The notes below the pieces were generated by a model. It was given only the letters and a program-made list of their open reading frames with translations, made no database searches and had not been told where the DNA came from. A program made the translations under genes and the position numbers. This document shows, in pieces, positions 29,064 to 38,292 of a stretch of DNA of 64,000 bases (position 1 is the stretch's first letter; each line of letters starts with the position of its first letter). This stretch comes from an uncultured delta proteobacterium (GTDB lineage Bacteria > Desulfobacterota > Desulfobacteria > Desulfobacterales > B30-G6): contig CAWJIL010000003.1 of NCBI GenBank assembly GCA_963842925.1, positions 249,542-313,541 of the forward strand. Reading direction: 5' to 3'.

Positions 29064-30296
29064 TTAATAAAAGATCCGGATAATTTTATAAATAATCATA
29101 CTGGTTATAGCTGCTGCCGGAACCGTCAGAACCCAGTAGATCATGATCTGAAAGATAATCCTGAAATTCACAGCCTCGAAACCCCGGGCAAGACCGACAC
29201 CCATGACCCCGCCCACGGCCGCATGGGTCGTAGAAACGGGCAAGCCCATCTTTGAGGCAATCAGGACCGTCGTGGCGGCTGCAAAATCGACTGAAAACCC
29301 GCGGGTATTGGTGAGCGTGGTAATCTTGGTCCCGATGGTTGTCATCACACGCTTTCCTGCCATGGCGATACCCAAGGCAATACCGACACCACCGAACAGT
29401 AGCAGGAAGATCGGCACAGGAACCTTGGCACCGATGGTACCCGTCTTGACCAGAAAATAAATCACGGCCAGGGGGCCGATGGCATTTGCCACATCATTGG
29501 CACCTTGTGCCAGTGCCACATAGCAGGATGTACCGATTTGAATCCTTCGGAAAACCGTTTCGGCACCGTTGTTGTTATCCTGGTTTTCCACAAGATATTT
29601 CCGCAGTAAGACCTTGCCAATATACCCCAAAAAACCCGCCAAAACAAACGCAATGATCAGGGCCATGGGCATTGATATGGAAAATTTCTTGCCAAGGGGG
29701 GTCTTAAAAAGAAACGAAAGAACCACCACAAAAACGGCCATACCGATAAAAAAGGGAGACAGACGTATGGATCGGTCGAACACGGCATCTTTTGAGAGAA
29801 TGACCCGGACAATCACCTTGAACATCACAAAGGCGATAACAAGACTGAAGACAGGTGAAATAACCCAGCTCAGCACCACCGCCCCCAATTTTCCCCAATT
29901 GATCACGGAGAACCCCCCTGCCATGATACCAAAACCGATCATGGCCCCGACGATGGAATGGGTCGTGGAAACCGGGAGAGAGCGCCAGGTGGCAAAACTG
30001 ACCCATAATGCAGCAGCCAGCAGGGCTGCAAGTGCACCGGCCAGAGCAACAACAGGATCCGACATCACCTCGGTGGAAATGATGCCTTTACGAATGGTGT
30101 TGGTGACATGTGAGCCGATAAAGGTCGCGCCCACAATATTCAGGATACCGGCAATAAAAACAGCCTGGCGAATGGTAATTGCCTTGGCCCCGACAGCCGA
30201 TGCCATTGAATTGGCAACATCATTGGCACCGATATTCCAGGCCATATAAAAACCGAACACAAAACCAATGATGAGAATCACGTATTCAGCCGACAT
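29064..30296 (-). CDS. Inorganic phosphate transporter, PiT family
   Basis: Duplicated GANDVANS / GANDVANA signature motifs, 410 aa. Confidence 0.92.
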   Translation of the reverse strand: MSAEYVILIIGFVFGFYMAWNIGANDVANSMASAVGAKAITIRQAVFIAGILNIVGATFIGSHVTNTIRKGIISTEVMSDPVVALAGALAALLAAALWVSFATWRSLPVSTTHSIVGAMIGFGIMAGGFSVINWGKLGAVVLSWVISPVFSLVIAFVMFKVIVRVILSKDAVFDRSIRLSPFFIGMAVFVVVLSFLFKTPLGKKFSISMPMALIIAFVLAGFLGYIGKVLLRKYLVENQDNNNGAETVFRRIQIGTSCYVALAQGANDVANAIGPLAVIYFLVKTGTIGAKVPVPIFLLLFGGVGIALGIAMAGKRVMTTIGTKITTLTNTRGFSVDFAAATTVLIASKMGLPVSTTHAAVGGVMGVGLARGFEAVNFRIIFQIMIYWVLTVPAAAITSMIIYKIIRIFY

Positions 30297-30405
30297 TGTT
30301 CCATTTTATCCTTGTGTTTTGCATGGTCCATACCATTTGATAAAAGTTAAGGCAACGCAAAATAAGGTTTGCCATTCTGCAAAGAATAAAAATAGAAGAA
30401 CCTCA

Positions 30406-30442
30406 CAGCAAGCTGCGAGGAATGCGCTCGCTGTTTCGGTTC
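30406..30442. repeat. Solo copy of a repeat module
   Basis: The reverse complement matches 1204-1240 (gaaccgaaacagcgag.gcattcc..cg.agcttgctg). Confidence 0.7.
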
Positions 30443-30712
30443 ACGCAACCCATGTGGCCTGTTTCACCTGACGGATTTCCGACCTTGTGCCTATCAGACC
30501 GCCATGGCATTTTGCTCAATAGAAATTTTAAACTTGTTGTTTTTGGTTAACATTGGTTATTATAAAGATTATATTGTTAATTGAAAATAATATTATTGAC
30601 CAAAAATAACTTTAAATATAAATGCTGCCTGTGTTGACCCTAAGTGCTCACCAGGCGCTGCAAACGAACCATGGCTGCACAAATCTGTTTTTATGGAAAG
30701 GATCCGCCACCG

Positions 30713-31618
30713 ATGAAAGACCTGATGACCACCAAGCAAGTCTCTGCCTTCCTCAACATCAACGAGAAGATGGTGTATACCCTCATATCGGAAAAAGGTT
30801 TGCCGGCAACCAAAGTGACAGGCAAATGGCTGTTTCCGAGGCACCTCGTGGAACAGTGGATTGAAGCCAACACAAAAAATTATCCGGAAACAGGAAATCG
30901 GATGCCGCCATACCAGGGTTTGCTCATCATCGCCGGCAGCAATGATCTGCTCCTGGACAAAACCATATCCCTGTTCAACACCCGCTACCCGGATCACCTG
31001 GCTGTTTTCGGAAACCTGGGCAGCATGGGCGGGTTAAGGGCACTCAAAAGGGATATGTGCCACATCGCGTCGAGCCATCTTCTTCAAGACAATGAAAACG
31101 AATACAATTTTTCCTTTGCCTCTGAAGAACTCCGTAAAATGCCGGCTGTTGTCAATTTTTGCAAGCGCGAACAGGGAATCCTTCTGCAGAAAGATAACCC
31201 CAGGCGCATAACCAGCGTAGCCGACCTCGGGAAAATAGGTCTTCGGGTTGTCAATCGTGATCTTGGCACAGGTACCCGCCTCCTTTTTGACAAGGAGTTG
31301 AAAACTGCCGGCCTCACGGGTGATAAAATTGACGGTTACCATCATATCGTAAACCGGCACATGGATATCGGTCTTGAGATATTGTCAGGAAATGCCGATG
31401 CCGGCCCTGGAATCCGGCCGGTTGCGTCGCTTCTGGGTCTTGATTTCATGCCCCTGCGTTGGGAACGATACGATCTGCTCATATCCCGGGACCGCTTTTT
31501 TGAACCGGGGGTACAGTATTTCCAGGCACTCCTGCATGAAGACGCCTTCCTCAAGATTTCAAAAAATCTTGAAGGTTACGATATCAGCGAACGGGGGAAA
31601 ATGCGATTCTCCCAATAA
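30713..31618 (+). CDS. TunR-like regulator: excisionase/MerR-type HTH fused to a periplasmic-binding-protein-like oxyanion-binding domain
   Basis: N-terminal TTKQVSAFLNINEKMVYTLISEKGLPATKVTGKWLF HTH and a PBP-like C-terminus. It sits directly upstream of tupABC. The start is uncertain (30644, 30713 or 30725). Confidence 0.75.
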   Translation: MKDLMTTKQVSAFLNINEKMVYTLISEKGLPATKVTGKWLFPRHLVEQWIEANTKNYPETGNRMPPYQGLLIIAGSNDLLLDKTISLFNTRYPDHLAVFGNLGSMGGLRALKRDMCHIASSHLLQDNENEYNFSFASEELRKMPAVVNFCKREQGILLQKDNPRRITSVADLGKIGLRVVNRDLGTGTRLLFDKELKTAGLTGDKIDGYHHIVNRHMDIGLEILSGNADAGPGIRPVASLLGLDFMPLRWERYDLLISRDRFFEPGVQYFQALLHEDAFLKISKNLEGYDISERGKMRFSQ

Positions 31619-31726
31619 ATTTGTTCACAAATTTACCTGAAACGACCTTGTCACTTTTTTCAAATTATATAGGCGCTTTTATTTAAAGACTAAGATCAAT
31701 TGAGTTCAAACGAAAAGGAGAGTTTT

Positions 31727-32554
31727 ATGAAAAAGGTAATTGTAGCTGGGTTCATCGCTTGTTTGTTGATGGGAATGTTCAGCGGTGTTTCATTGGGAGC
31801 GGAGAAAGTACTGATGATGGCCACCACCACGAGTACGGACAACACCGGCTTGCTCGACTATCTGGCGCCGGCCTTTACCAAGACCACGGGCATCGATTTG
31901 CGCTGGACCGCAGTGGGAACCGGCAAGGCTTTGAAGATGGGCGAAAACTGCGATGTGGATGTTCTGCTGGTTCACGCACCCGCGGCTGAAAAGAAATTTG
32001 TCGATGCCGGCTTCGGCACCAAGCGTCGAGAGCTCATGTACAACGATTTTGTTATCATCGGACCTGCGCCCGACCCTGCCGGAATCAAAGGGCTGCCCAT
32101 CGGCAAAGCCATGACGGGCATCCAAAAGTCAAAAGCGTTATTTGTCAGCAGAGGGGACAATTCCGGCACCAACAAAAAAGAAATTCTTCTCTGGAAAAAT
32201 GCCGGCATGGCGGTTCCGGATAAAGATCCCTGGTACATCCAGGCCGGCCAGGGAATGCTGGCGACCATTCAAATTGCCGAACAGCGCAACGGCTATACTA
32301 TGACAGACAGAGGCACCTATATCAAATACAGCCACAACAGTGGCGGCAAGCCTGCACTGAAGGTCATTGTGGAGGGCGATGCTATCCTCCTCAACCAGTA
32401 CAGCGCCATTGCCATCAACACCGGCAACTGTCCTGAAGCAAAGTTTGAACTGGCCATGACATTCAGCGACTGGATGGCTAGCTCCGAAGCGCAGCAGATG
32501 ATCAAGGATTTCAGGCTTCTGGGACAACAGTTGTTTACGCCGAATGCAAAATAG
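31727..32554 (+). CDS. tupA: Tungstate ABC transporter substrate-binding protein
   Basis: A signal peptide followed by MATTTSTDNTGLLDYL, the TupA-type anion-binding signature. aaggagag RBS. Confidence 0.85.
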   Translation: MKKVIVAGFIACLLMGMFSGVSLGAEKVLMMATTTSTDNTGLLDYLAPAFTKTTGIDLRWTAVGTGKALKMGENCDVDVLLVHAPAAEKKFVDAGFGTKRRELMYNDFVIIGPAPDPAGIKGLPIGKAMTGIQKSKALFVSRGDNSGTNKKEILLWKNAGMAVPDKDPWYIQAGQGMLATIQIAEQRNGYTMTDRGTYIKYSHNSGGKPALKVIVEGDAILLNQYSAIAINTGNCPEAKFELAMTFSDWMASSEAQQMIKDFRLLGQQLFTPNAK

Positions 32555-32555
32555 A

Positions 32556-32867
32556 GGGTCCGAGGGTCCGAGGGGGATACAAGGGTTGGAGGGTGGCTGA
32601 TGGCTAAACGCAAACAGCAGCGTCCCAGCTTCCAAACATCCTAGCTTCCCAGCATAAAAGGGTCCGAGGGTCCGAGGGGGATACAAGGGTTGGAGGGTGG
32701 CTGATGGCTAAACGCAAACAGCAGCGTCCCAGCTTCCAAGCATCCTAGCTTCCCAGCATAAAAGGGTCCGAGGGTCCGAGGGGGATACAAGGGTTGGAGG
32801 GTAGCTAACAGCTAAAAGCGGACAGCTACATCACAGCTTCTAAGCATCATAACCTCCCAGCTTATAA
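32556..32867. repeat. Three tandem copies of a 104-bp unit between tupA and tupB
   Basis: Unit starts are at 32556, 32660 and 32764. Copies 1 and 2 differ at 1 position, and copy 3 diverges in its second half. The unit is built from the gggtccgagggtccgagggggatacaagggttggagggtggctga and gcgtcccagcttccaa.catcctagcttcccagc modules. Confidence 0.9.
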
Positions 32868-33061
32868 GGATCCGAAGGTTCAAGGTGGTGGGTTCATTGC
32901 GTTTGTTGAGTTTCTTGTGTTCATTGGGTTGATGAAACGAAAACGAACTAAAGGCTCTATACCGATGGCCACAAGCAACCCAATGAACCCAAAAAGCACA
33001 ATGAACCCAATAACCCAAAAGCGGCGAAGCCGCATTTAATAAATTCGTGGAACGAATTTAT

Positions 33062-33748
33062 ATGGATTACATCTTCACAGGGTTTATTCAGGCATTTCAA
33101 CTCCTGTTCAACGGGGATGAGCAGACCTATTCCGCCATTTTCGTGACGGTCCGGGTGACAAGCTATTCCATGGCAGTCAGTCTGTTGATGGGCATTCCCT
33201 TAGGATTTATGCTCGGCCACTTCGAATTTAAAGGCAAACGACCATTACGTCTTCTGGTGGACACTGCCCTGGCGCTGCCTACGGTCTTTATCGGACTCGT
33301 GGTCTATGCGTTCCTTTCCAACCGGGGGCCCCTGGGACACATGGGCCTCTTGTTTACACTGCCTGGCATCGCCATCGGCCAGACAATTCTGGCACTGCCC
33401 ATTGTTATCGCCTTGACGGCAGCAGCCGTCGAAGATATGGACCGCCACCTGAGGATAACCCTCATATCACTGGGTGCCGACCGGAGGCAGCTTGTTCTCA
33501 GTAGCCTCTGGGAGGTTCGCTTCAGCATTACAGCAGCTGCATTAACCGCCTTCGGCAGGGTCATGACGGAAGTGGGCATATCCATGATGGTGGGTGGCAA
33601 TATCAAATGGCACACCCGGACCATAACGACGGCCATTGCCCTGGAAACCAACAAGGGACTCTTTGGCATGGGGATTGCTCTTGGCCTGGTCCTCTTGATG
33701 ATCGCCTTTGCGGTGAATTTGTCAGTTGCCTTGGTGAATAAACGATAA
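33062..33748 (+). CDS. tupB: Tungstate ABC transporter permease
   Basis: Five or six TM segments and an ABC permease EAA-like loop (SLGADRRQL). Confidence 0.85.
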   Translation: MDYIFTGFIQAFQLLFNGDEQTYSAIFVTVRVTSYSMAVSLLMGIPLGFMLGHFEFKGKRPLRLLVDTALALPTVFIGLVVYAFLSNRGPLGHMGLLFTLPGIAIGQTILALPIVIALTAAAVEDMDRHLRITLISLGADRRQLVLSSLWEVRFSITAAALTAFGRVMTEVGISMMVGGNIKWHTRTITTAIALETNKGLFGMGIALGLVLLMIAFAVNLSVALVNKR

Positions 33749-33816
33749 GCTGTAAGCTATATGCTTTAAGCAGTAAGCTGTGAGCCGCTTATTGCTTACG
33801 GCTTACTGCTTATCGC
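33744..33816. repeat. REP-like aagc/gctta module between tupB and tupC
   Basis: aagcagtaagc (33768-33778) pairs with gcttactgctt (33802-33812). An outer cgataagc/gcttatcg pair is also present. Confidence 0.65.
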
Positions 33817-33843
33817 TAAAAAAATCTAAAATTGAGTTAAATA

Positions 33844-34848
33844 GTGCGACCTCTTTACCAAATACATAAGCTCCAGCATCATTACAATGGCCATCCGGCC
33901 CTGGACATCGACAGTTTTTCGATCCAACCGGGCACCATCACCGGTATCATCGGCCCCAATGGCAGTGGTAAAAGCACTTTGCTTAAAATGCTGGCTTTCA
34001 TCGATAAGCCCGGGAAAGGTAAAATTCTCTTTAAAGGCAAATCTGCCGAGCCTTTTGCCGAGAATGTCAGATTCCAGGTCACGCTTCTGAGCCAGGAGCC
34101 CTATCTCATGAAACGGTCGGTCTTCAAAAACATATCATACGGGCTTGAACTGCGCAGGGATATCCATGACCTTCCAAACCGTGTGCATGATGCCTTGTCT
34201 CTGGTGGGCTTACCCGGAAATGATTTTTTGCATCGGAAATGGTATGAGCTTTCCGGCGGCGAAGCACAACGTGTAGCCCTGGCCGCACGCCTGATTCTAA
34301 AACCGGAAGTGCTTTTGCTGGACGAACCCACAGCCAGTATCGATGCCGCCAGCGCCCAGGTAATCAAAGATACCGTTCTTCTGGCCCAAAACAAGTGGGG
34401 AACAACACTGGTAATTGCCAGCCATGACTGGGAATGGCTGTATGATATCTGTGAACATGTGGCACATTTGTTCAGGGGTCGTTTTTTTGGTACCGGCCGC
34501 CAGAATTTTATTTTCGGCCCATGGTCAGAACCAGCGCCCGGCAAATGGGTTAAAAAACTCCAAGATGGTCAATCTCTTGAGGTGCCATGTCCCCCCTCAA
34601 AAGATGCCATCGCCATCATCAACCCGGAAAACATGCGACTATCCACAGACAAAAAAGCCTGTACGATCCAAGGAACAGTCACACGGCTGGTTCTGGAAAA
34701 ACATACCCGGGAAATCATCATCATTGTTCAGGCTGCAAATCAAGCCATTACCGCCAGGTTGTCACCGGAAAACACGCACAGACACACCCCCTACCCCGGT
34801 CAAAAGATCCGGCTTTCCTATTTACCGGAAGATATTACCTGGTATTGA
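33844..34848 (+). CDS. tupC: Tungstate ABC transporter ATP-binding protein with C-terminal TOBE-like extension
   Basis: Walker A GPNGSGKST, signature LSGGEAQR and Walker B LLLDEPTA. GTG start. Confidence 0.85.
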   Translation: MRPLYQIHKLQHHYNGHPALDIDSFSIQPGTITGIIGPNGSGKSTLLKMLAFIDKPGKGKILFKGKSAEPFAENVRFQVTLLSQEPYLMKRSVFKNISYGLELRRDIHDLPNRVHDALSLVGLPGNDFLHRKWYELSGGEAQRVALAARLILKPEVLLLDEPTASIDAASAQVIKDTVLLAQNKWGTTLVIASHDWEWLYDICEHVAHLFRGRFFGTGRQNFIFGPWSEPAPGKWVKKLQDGQSLEVPCPPSKDAIAIINPENMRLSTDKKACTIQGTVTRLVLEKHTREIIIIVQAANQAITARLSPENTHRHTPYPGQKIRLSYLPEDITWY

Positions 34849-35081
34849 TACAAATGGATCCAACCGTAGCAAACAGTTTAGAAGATTTATAATTGCAGAC
34901 GGGTAATTCCCATTCTGAGTGATTCGTATTTTTTGCATTTTCATAAGAAAGTTGATATCTGCAACAAGGTGTGTTTGATTTCTATTGCAGATATGCTCAG
35001 AAAACACAGTTATCTGGGCAAGGTGATATTTGCAGGATCTCTCCATCTATCAGTATTCCAATATCGAACATAAATCTATAA

Positions 35082-35456
35082 ATGTCAGGAATAAATATGA
35101 CTGATAAAGAAAATCGCTCTCTCAGCATGGATCAATTGGTGCAGGTGTTAGATAAAACTCCTGCCGGTATAACTGTAATAGATAATGAAGGCCGTATTCT
35201 TTACTATAATGAATATTGTGCGAAATTTGTAGACAGAAAACCTGAATATATTGGGAAAAATATAAGTTTCTGTCATCAAAAACCTGAAAGCATGGTGAAA
35301 ATAAGAAAAATCTTATCTGAGCTGAATGAAGACAAAAAGAAAGAATTTTATTATGAGGCGGAGCGAGGCGAGAACAAATTAGGAGTAACTGTTTCGCCGT
35401 TTATTGCTGGTGGAAAACAAATAGGATTCATCCAGTGTTTTTCAATAATCCGGTGA
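35082..35456 (+). CDS. Stand-alone PAS-domain protein (124 aa)
   Basis: PAS-like pattern (LDKTPAGITVIDNEGRILYYN ... ISFCHQ). No output domain. Confidence 0.6.
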   Translation: MSGINMTDKENRSLSMDQLVQVLDKTPAGITVIDNEGRILYYNEYCAKFVDRKPEYIGKNISFCHQKPESMVKIRKILSELNEDKKKEFYYEAERGENKLGVTVSPFIAGGKQIGFIQCFSIIR

Positions 35457-36051
35457 TGCCTGGTACCTTTCCTATAGGTAGATGTTGGGGAGGCGAACGA
35501 GCCCGAAGGGTGTAGCTCGCGGAGCCTCCGCAACTCTATCGATAGGGGATTTCAAGTCAAAATTCTCCAACGTATCAACAGGTAGGGCGAACCTGTGATA
35601 ACATTCTGGAGATGTAGATGGGCCATATTTTTTAGTGTTGTGTTTTCGTGTTATCAATCTATTGCCGACAGAATCAAAATTGGTAATCACCACAAATGAT
35701 TATCAAAACAAACCTTCGCGTTTTGACCTCAGCCGAAAATTAAAGATTACATCAAGGTTGACGATCCACACAAACAAATGACTTTGTAACACATTATAAT
35801 AGTAGCGTAAATTCATTAGGTTGACATAATCCGAGGGGGATCTATATGTCACTGATTGAGCGAATATACCGTGATTTGATTTGTAAATCCAAAGCCTCAA
35901 ACACCCATAGACCTTCCCTTATCCCTGTGGCGTGAAAGAGGCTCCTGGTAAACATTATAAGAGAAATCTCCTGCTCGCTCATAGTGGAGAGCCTATTCAG
36001 GCATCGTTTCAAAAGAATCAATTCGTGCTCAAAAATCTAAAGGATAATACA

Positions 36052-36924
36052 ATGAATTATGAAGTGGTTTTAACCTGTGCTGTGACCGGTGGAAGCGACA
36101 TAATAGACAAACACCCGGGGCTGCCGTCAAGCCCGGCTGAAATTGCCGCGGCAGCAGTAGAAGCTGCAAAAACAGGTGCTGCAGTTGCTCATATCCATGT
36201 CAGAGAGCCGGAGACCGGCGCCCCGAGCAGGGATTTGGAACTGTACAAAGAAACGGCAAAATTAATCAGGGAAAGTGATGTTGATGTGATTCTAAATATC
36301 ACCACCGGTATGGGCGGGGACCTGGTGCCAAGCGAGGAAAACCCGGCTGTGGGGGGCCCGGGAACCGACATGATTTCAGCGGCTGAACGCGTGGCCCACA
36401 TTGAAAAGATAAAACCAGAAATCTGTTCTTTGGACTGTGGCTCATTCAATTATGCCGCCACCGCATACGTGGCAACCATGGAAATGCTTCGGGAAAGCGC
36501 CGTAAGAATCCGGCGCGCGGGTGTTAAGCCGGAGTTGGAGGTCTTCGAGCTGGGGCATATCTGGCAGGCAAAACAGTTGATGGCTGAAAATATTGTTGAT
36601 AAAGATGCCGTCTTTCAACTGTGCATGGGAATTCCCTATGGTGCCGAAGGGACAACTGCCAATATGGTCGCCATGCATCAAGCGCTGCCGCCGGGCGTAG
36701 TCTGGGGAGCCTTCGGGATCGGCAAACAGGAGATGCCCATGGTAGCCCAATCGGTCATCATGGGGGGTAACGCCAGGGTCGGGTTAGAGGATAACATCTA
36801 CCTTGATAAAGGTGTGCTTGCCGACAATGCTGATTTGGTTAACAGAGCCAGGGAAATCGTCGAACGGCTGGGTGCCCGGCTGTTAAACGTCGATCAGGCC
36901 CGTGAGAAGCTCAAGCTTACTTAG
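36052..36924 (+). CDS. Beta-keto acid cleavage enzyme (BKACE / DUF849, 3-keto-5-aminohexanoate cleavage enzyme family)
   Basis: LTCAVTGG, HIHVR (Zn ligands) and a GLEDN glutamate motif. The ATG at 36052 is preferred over the upstream GTG at 35932. Confidence 0.88.
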   Translation: MNYEVVLTCAVTGGSDIIDKHPGLPSSPAEIAAAAVEAAKTGAAVAHIHVREPETGAPSRDLELYKETAKLIRESDVDVILNITTGMGGDLVPSEENPAVGGPGTDMISAAERVAHIEKIKPEICSLDCGSFNYAATAYVATMEMLRESAVRIRRAGVKPELEVFELGHIWQAKQLMAENIVDKDAVFQLCMGIPYGAEGTTANMVAMHQALPPGVVWGAFGIGKQEMPMVAQSVIMGGNARVGLEDNIYLDKGVLADNADLVNRAREIVERLGARLLNVDQAREKLKLT

Positions 36925-36954
36925 TGTCCATTCATAATTGAAAATTGAGGTAAC

Positions 36955-37986
36955 ATGAGAATTGCATTGCTTGGCGCGGGTTCCATAGGAACCATAATGG
37001 GTGCGCTATTATGCCAAAACGGACAAGATGTCGTGCTCGTGGACAATTTTACAGAGCATGTGACGGTACTGAATCAGTGCGGGGCGACAATCAAGGGCAA
37101 GATGGACTGCACGATACCGGTTCAGGCAATATCGCCGGAAGAAATGCAAGGCTGTTACGATTTGATCATATCGTTGGCCAAGCAGACAACCCTGCGCTTA
37201 TCCCTGAAAAACGCCTTGCCGCATATGCATGCTGATACCATTGTCCTGACGCTTCAAAATGGGATACCCGAAGATATTTCCAGAGAGTTTGTCCGTGAAG
37301 ACAGGATTATGGGCGGTGGGGTGGAGTTTGGTGCGACATGGCTCGAACCCGGCGTATCGGAATTAACCACAGATCCACAAACATTGGGAATCACCTTCGG
37401 TCCCTTGAACGGCCGCATCACAGAAGATACCAAAAGAGTTCAACGCGCCTTTTCAGGTATGCACCATGCCCATGTGGTGGATAACATTCTTGGTCTCAGG
37501 TATTCGAAGCTGACAGACAATTCAACCTTCAGCGCCATGTCCACGGCCCTGGGGTGCTGCTGGGGCGAAATATTGGACAGCTATGCGGCCATGACCTGCA
37601 TCGCCCATCTGGGGCGGGAAGCTGCACTGATTATTGAAAAGACTGGCATTCGGCCTAAAAAAATATTCGGTTTTCAGCCGCTGCTTAAACATCTCGGATT
37701 TTCATCTCAAAATGAGATGGACAACGTCATTTACAACTACTGGGCTCCGCTCTATACTCCTTTTAGGAGATGCAAAGCCAGTATGCTGCAGGACATAGAA
37801 AAGGGAAGACTGTGCGAGGTTGATTATATCAACGGAAAGTTTGTGACTTTGGGGAAACAATATGGGGTGGCTACGCCCTTCATGAAATCTGCTGTTCGCA
37901 TCATAACCATGCTCCAAAATAAGGAATTGTCACTCTCCAACGCCTGGGACAATCTAAACGCATTTCCAATGCCTGTTTGGGCATGA
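36955..37986 (+). CDS. 2-dehydropantoate 2-reductase (ApbA/PanE) family oxidoreductase
   Basis: MRIALLGAGSIGT Rossmann start and a KPR-like C-terminal domain. gagg RBS. Confidence 0.78.
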   Translation: MRIALLGAGSIGTIMGALLCQNGQDVVLVDNFTEHVTVLNQCGATIKGKMDCTIPVQAISPEEMQGCYDLIISLAKQTTLRLSLKNALPHMHADTIVLTLQNGIPEDISREFVREDRIMGGGVEFGATWLEPGVSELTTDPQTLGITFGPLNGRITEDTKRVQRAFSGMHHAHVVDNILGLRYSKLTDNSTFSAMSTALGCCWGEILDSYAAMTCIAHLGREAALIIEKTGIRPKKIFGFQPLLKHLGFSSQNEMDNVIYNYWAPLYTPFRRCKASMLQDIEKGRLCEVDYINGKFVTLGKQYGVATPFMKSAVRIITMLQNKELSLSNAWDNLNAFPMPVWA

Positions 37987-38252
37987 ATACAACGTCCGCT
38001 TTTACAGTATTCATCTTGCCCCACTCATAGGGCAGTATGGGGGCCGGCTCGGACTATGTTCGAGTATTGGGTGAAAATGACGAAGTGGCAATTTCTCCAT
38101 GTACAAGACGACTAGTTTGTCATGTGGAATCAATATTTTTCATTATTTGTCTGGCGAGATACACCCATGGCTTTAGCCATTGAAGAGGTGCTCAGATCAA
38201 AAGCCCTCAATGACAATCGGACATTTCAACTGGCAATAAGCGATAACTTTTG

Positions 38253-38280
38253 ATAATAAAATCGAAAACGATTTTATTAT
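38253..38280. repeat. Perfect 12-bp-stem A+T-rich hairpin abutting the RBS of the selenoprotein gene
   Basis: ataataaaatcg-aaaa-cgattttattat. It shares the AATAAAATCG..CGATTTTATT core with 8954-8990. Confidence 0.75.
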
Positions 38281-38292
38281 TGGGAGGTAAAA

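Noticed and set aside
29569-30249. 226-aa plus-strand ORF.
   Set aside because: It is a shadow ORF opposite the PiT transporter gene, which carries the duplicated GANDVAN signatures.
31619-31726. Moco (molybdenum/tungsten cofactor) riboswitch upstream of tupA.
   Set aside because: The leader is only about 108 nt and A+T-rich, and it lacks the conserved G+C-rich Moco stems.
32138-32686. 182-aa minus-strand ORF running from the repeats into tupA.
   Set aside because: It is half antisense to tupA and half translation of the tandem repeat units (PSNPCIPLGPSDP-type pseudo-peptides that recur wherever the repeat occurs).
32556-32867. Possible CRISPR array, because of regularly spaced repeated sequence.
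   Set aside because: The 104-bp units are directly abutting tandem copies with no unique spacers. The unit is far longer than a CRISPR repeat, and no cas genes are present in the window.
35471-35546. Glycine riboswitch, because of ggaggc ... cccgaagggtg resembling the GGAGAG ... CACCGAAGGGGCAA cores and the nearby GrdB-like gene.
   Set aside because: Only loose resemblance. The conserved CUCUGGAGAG/ACCG elements and the tandem aptamer architecture are missing, and the site is about 500 nt from the next start codon.
35932-36051. N-terminal 40-aa extension of the BKACE gene from a GTG start.
   Set aside because: BKACE proteins begin close to the ..VVLTCAVTG.. strand, and the ATG at 36052 gives the canonical N-terminus. 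The extension has no family similarity.
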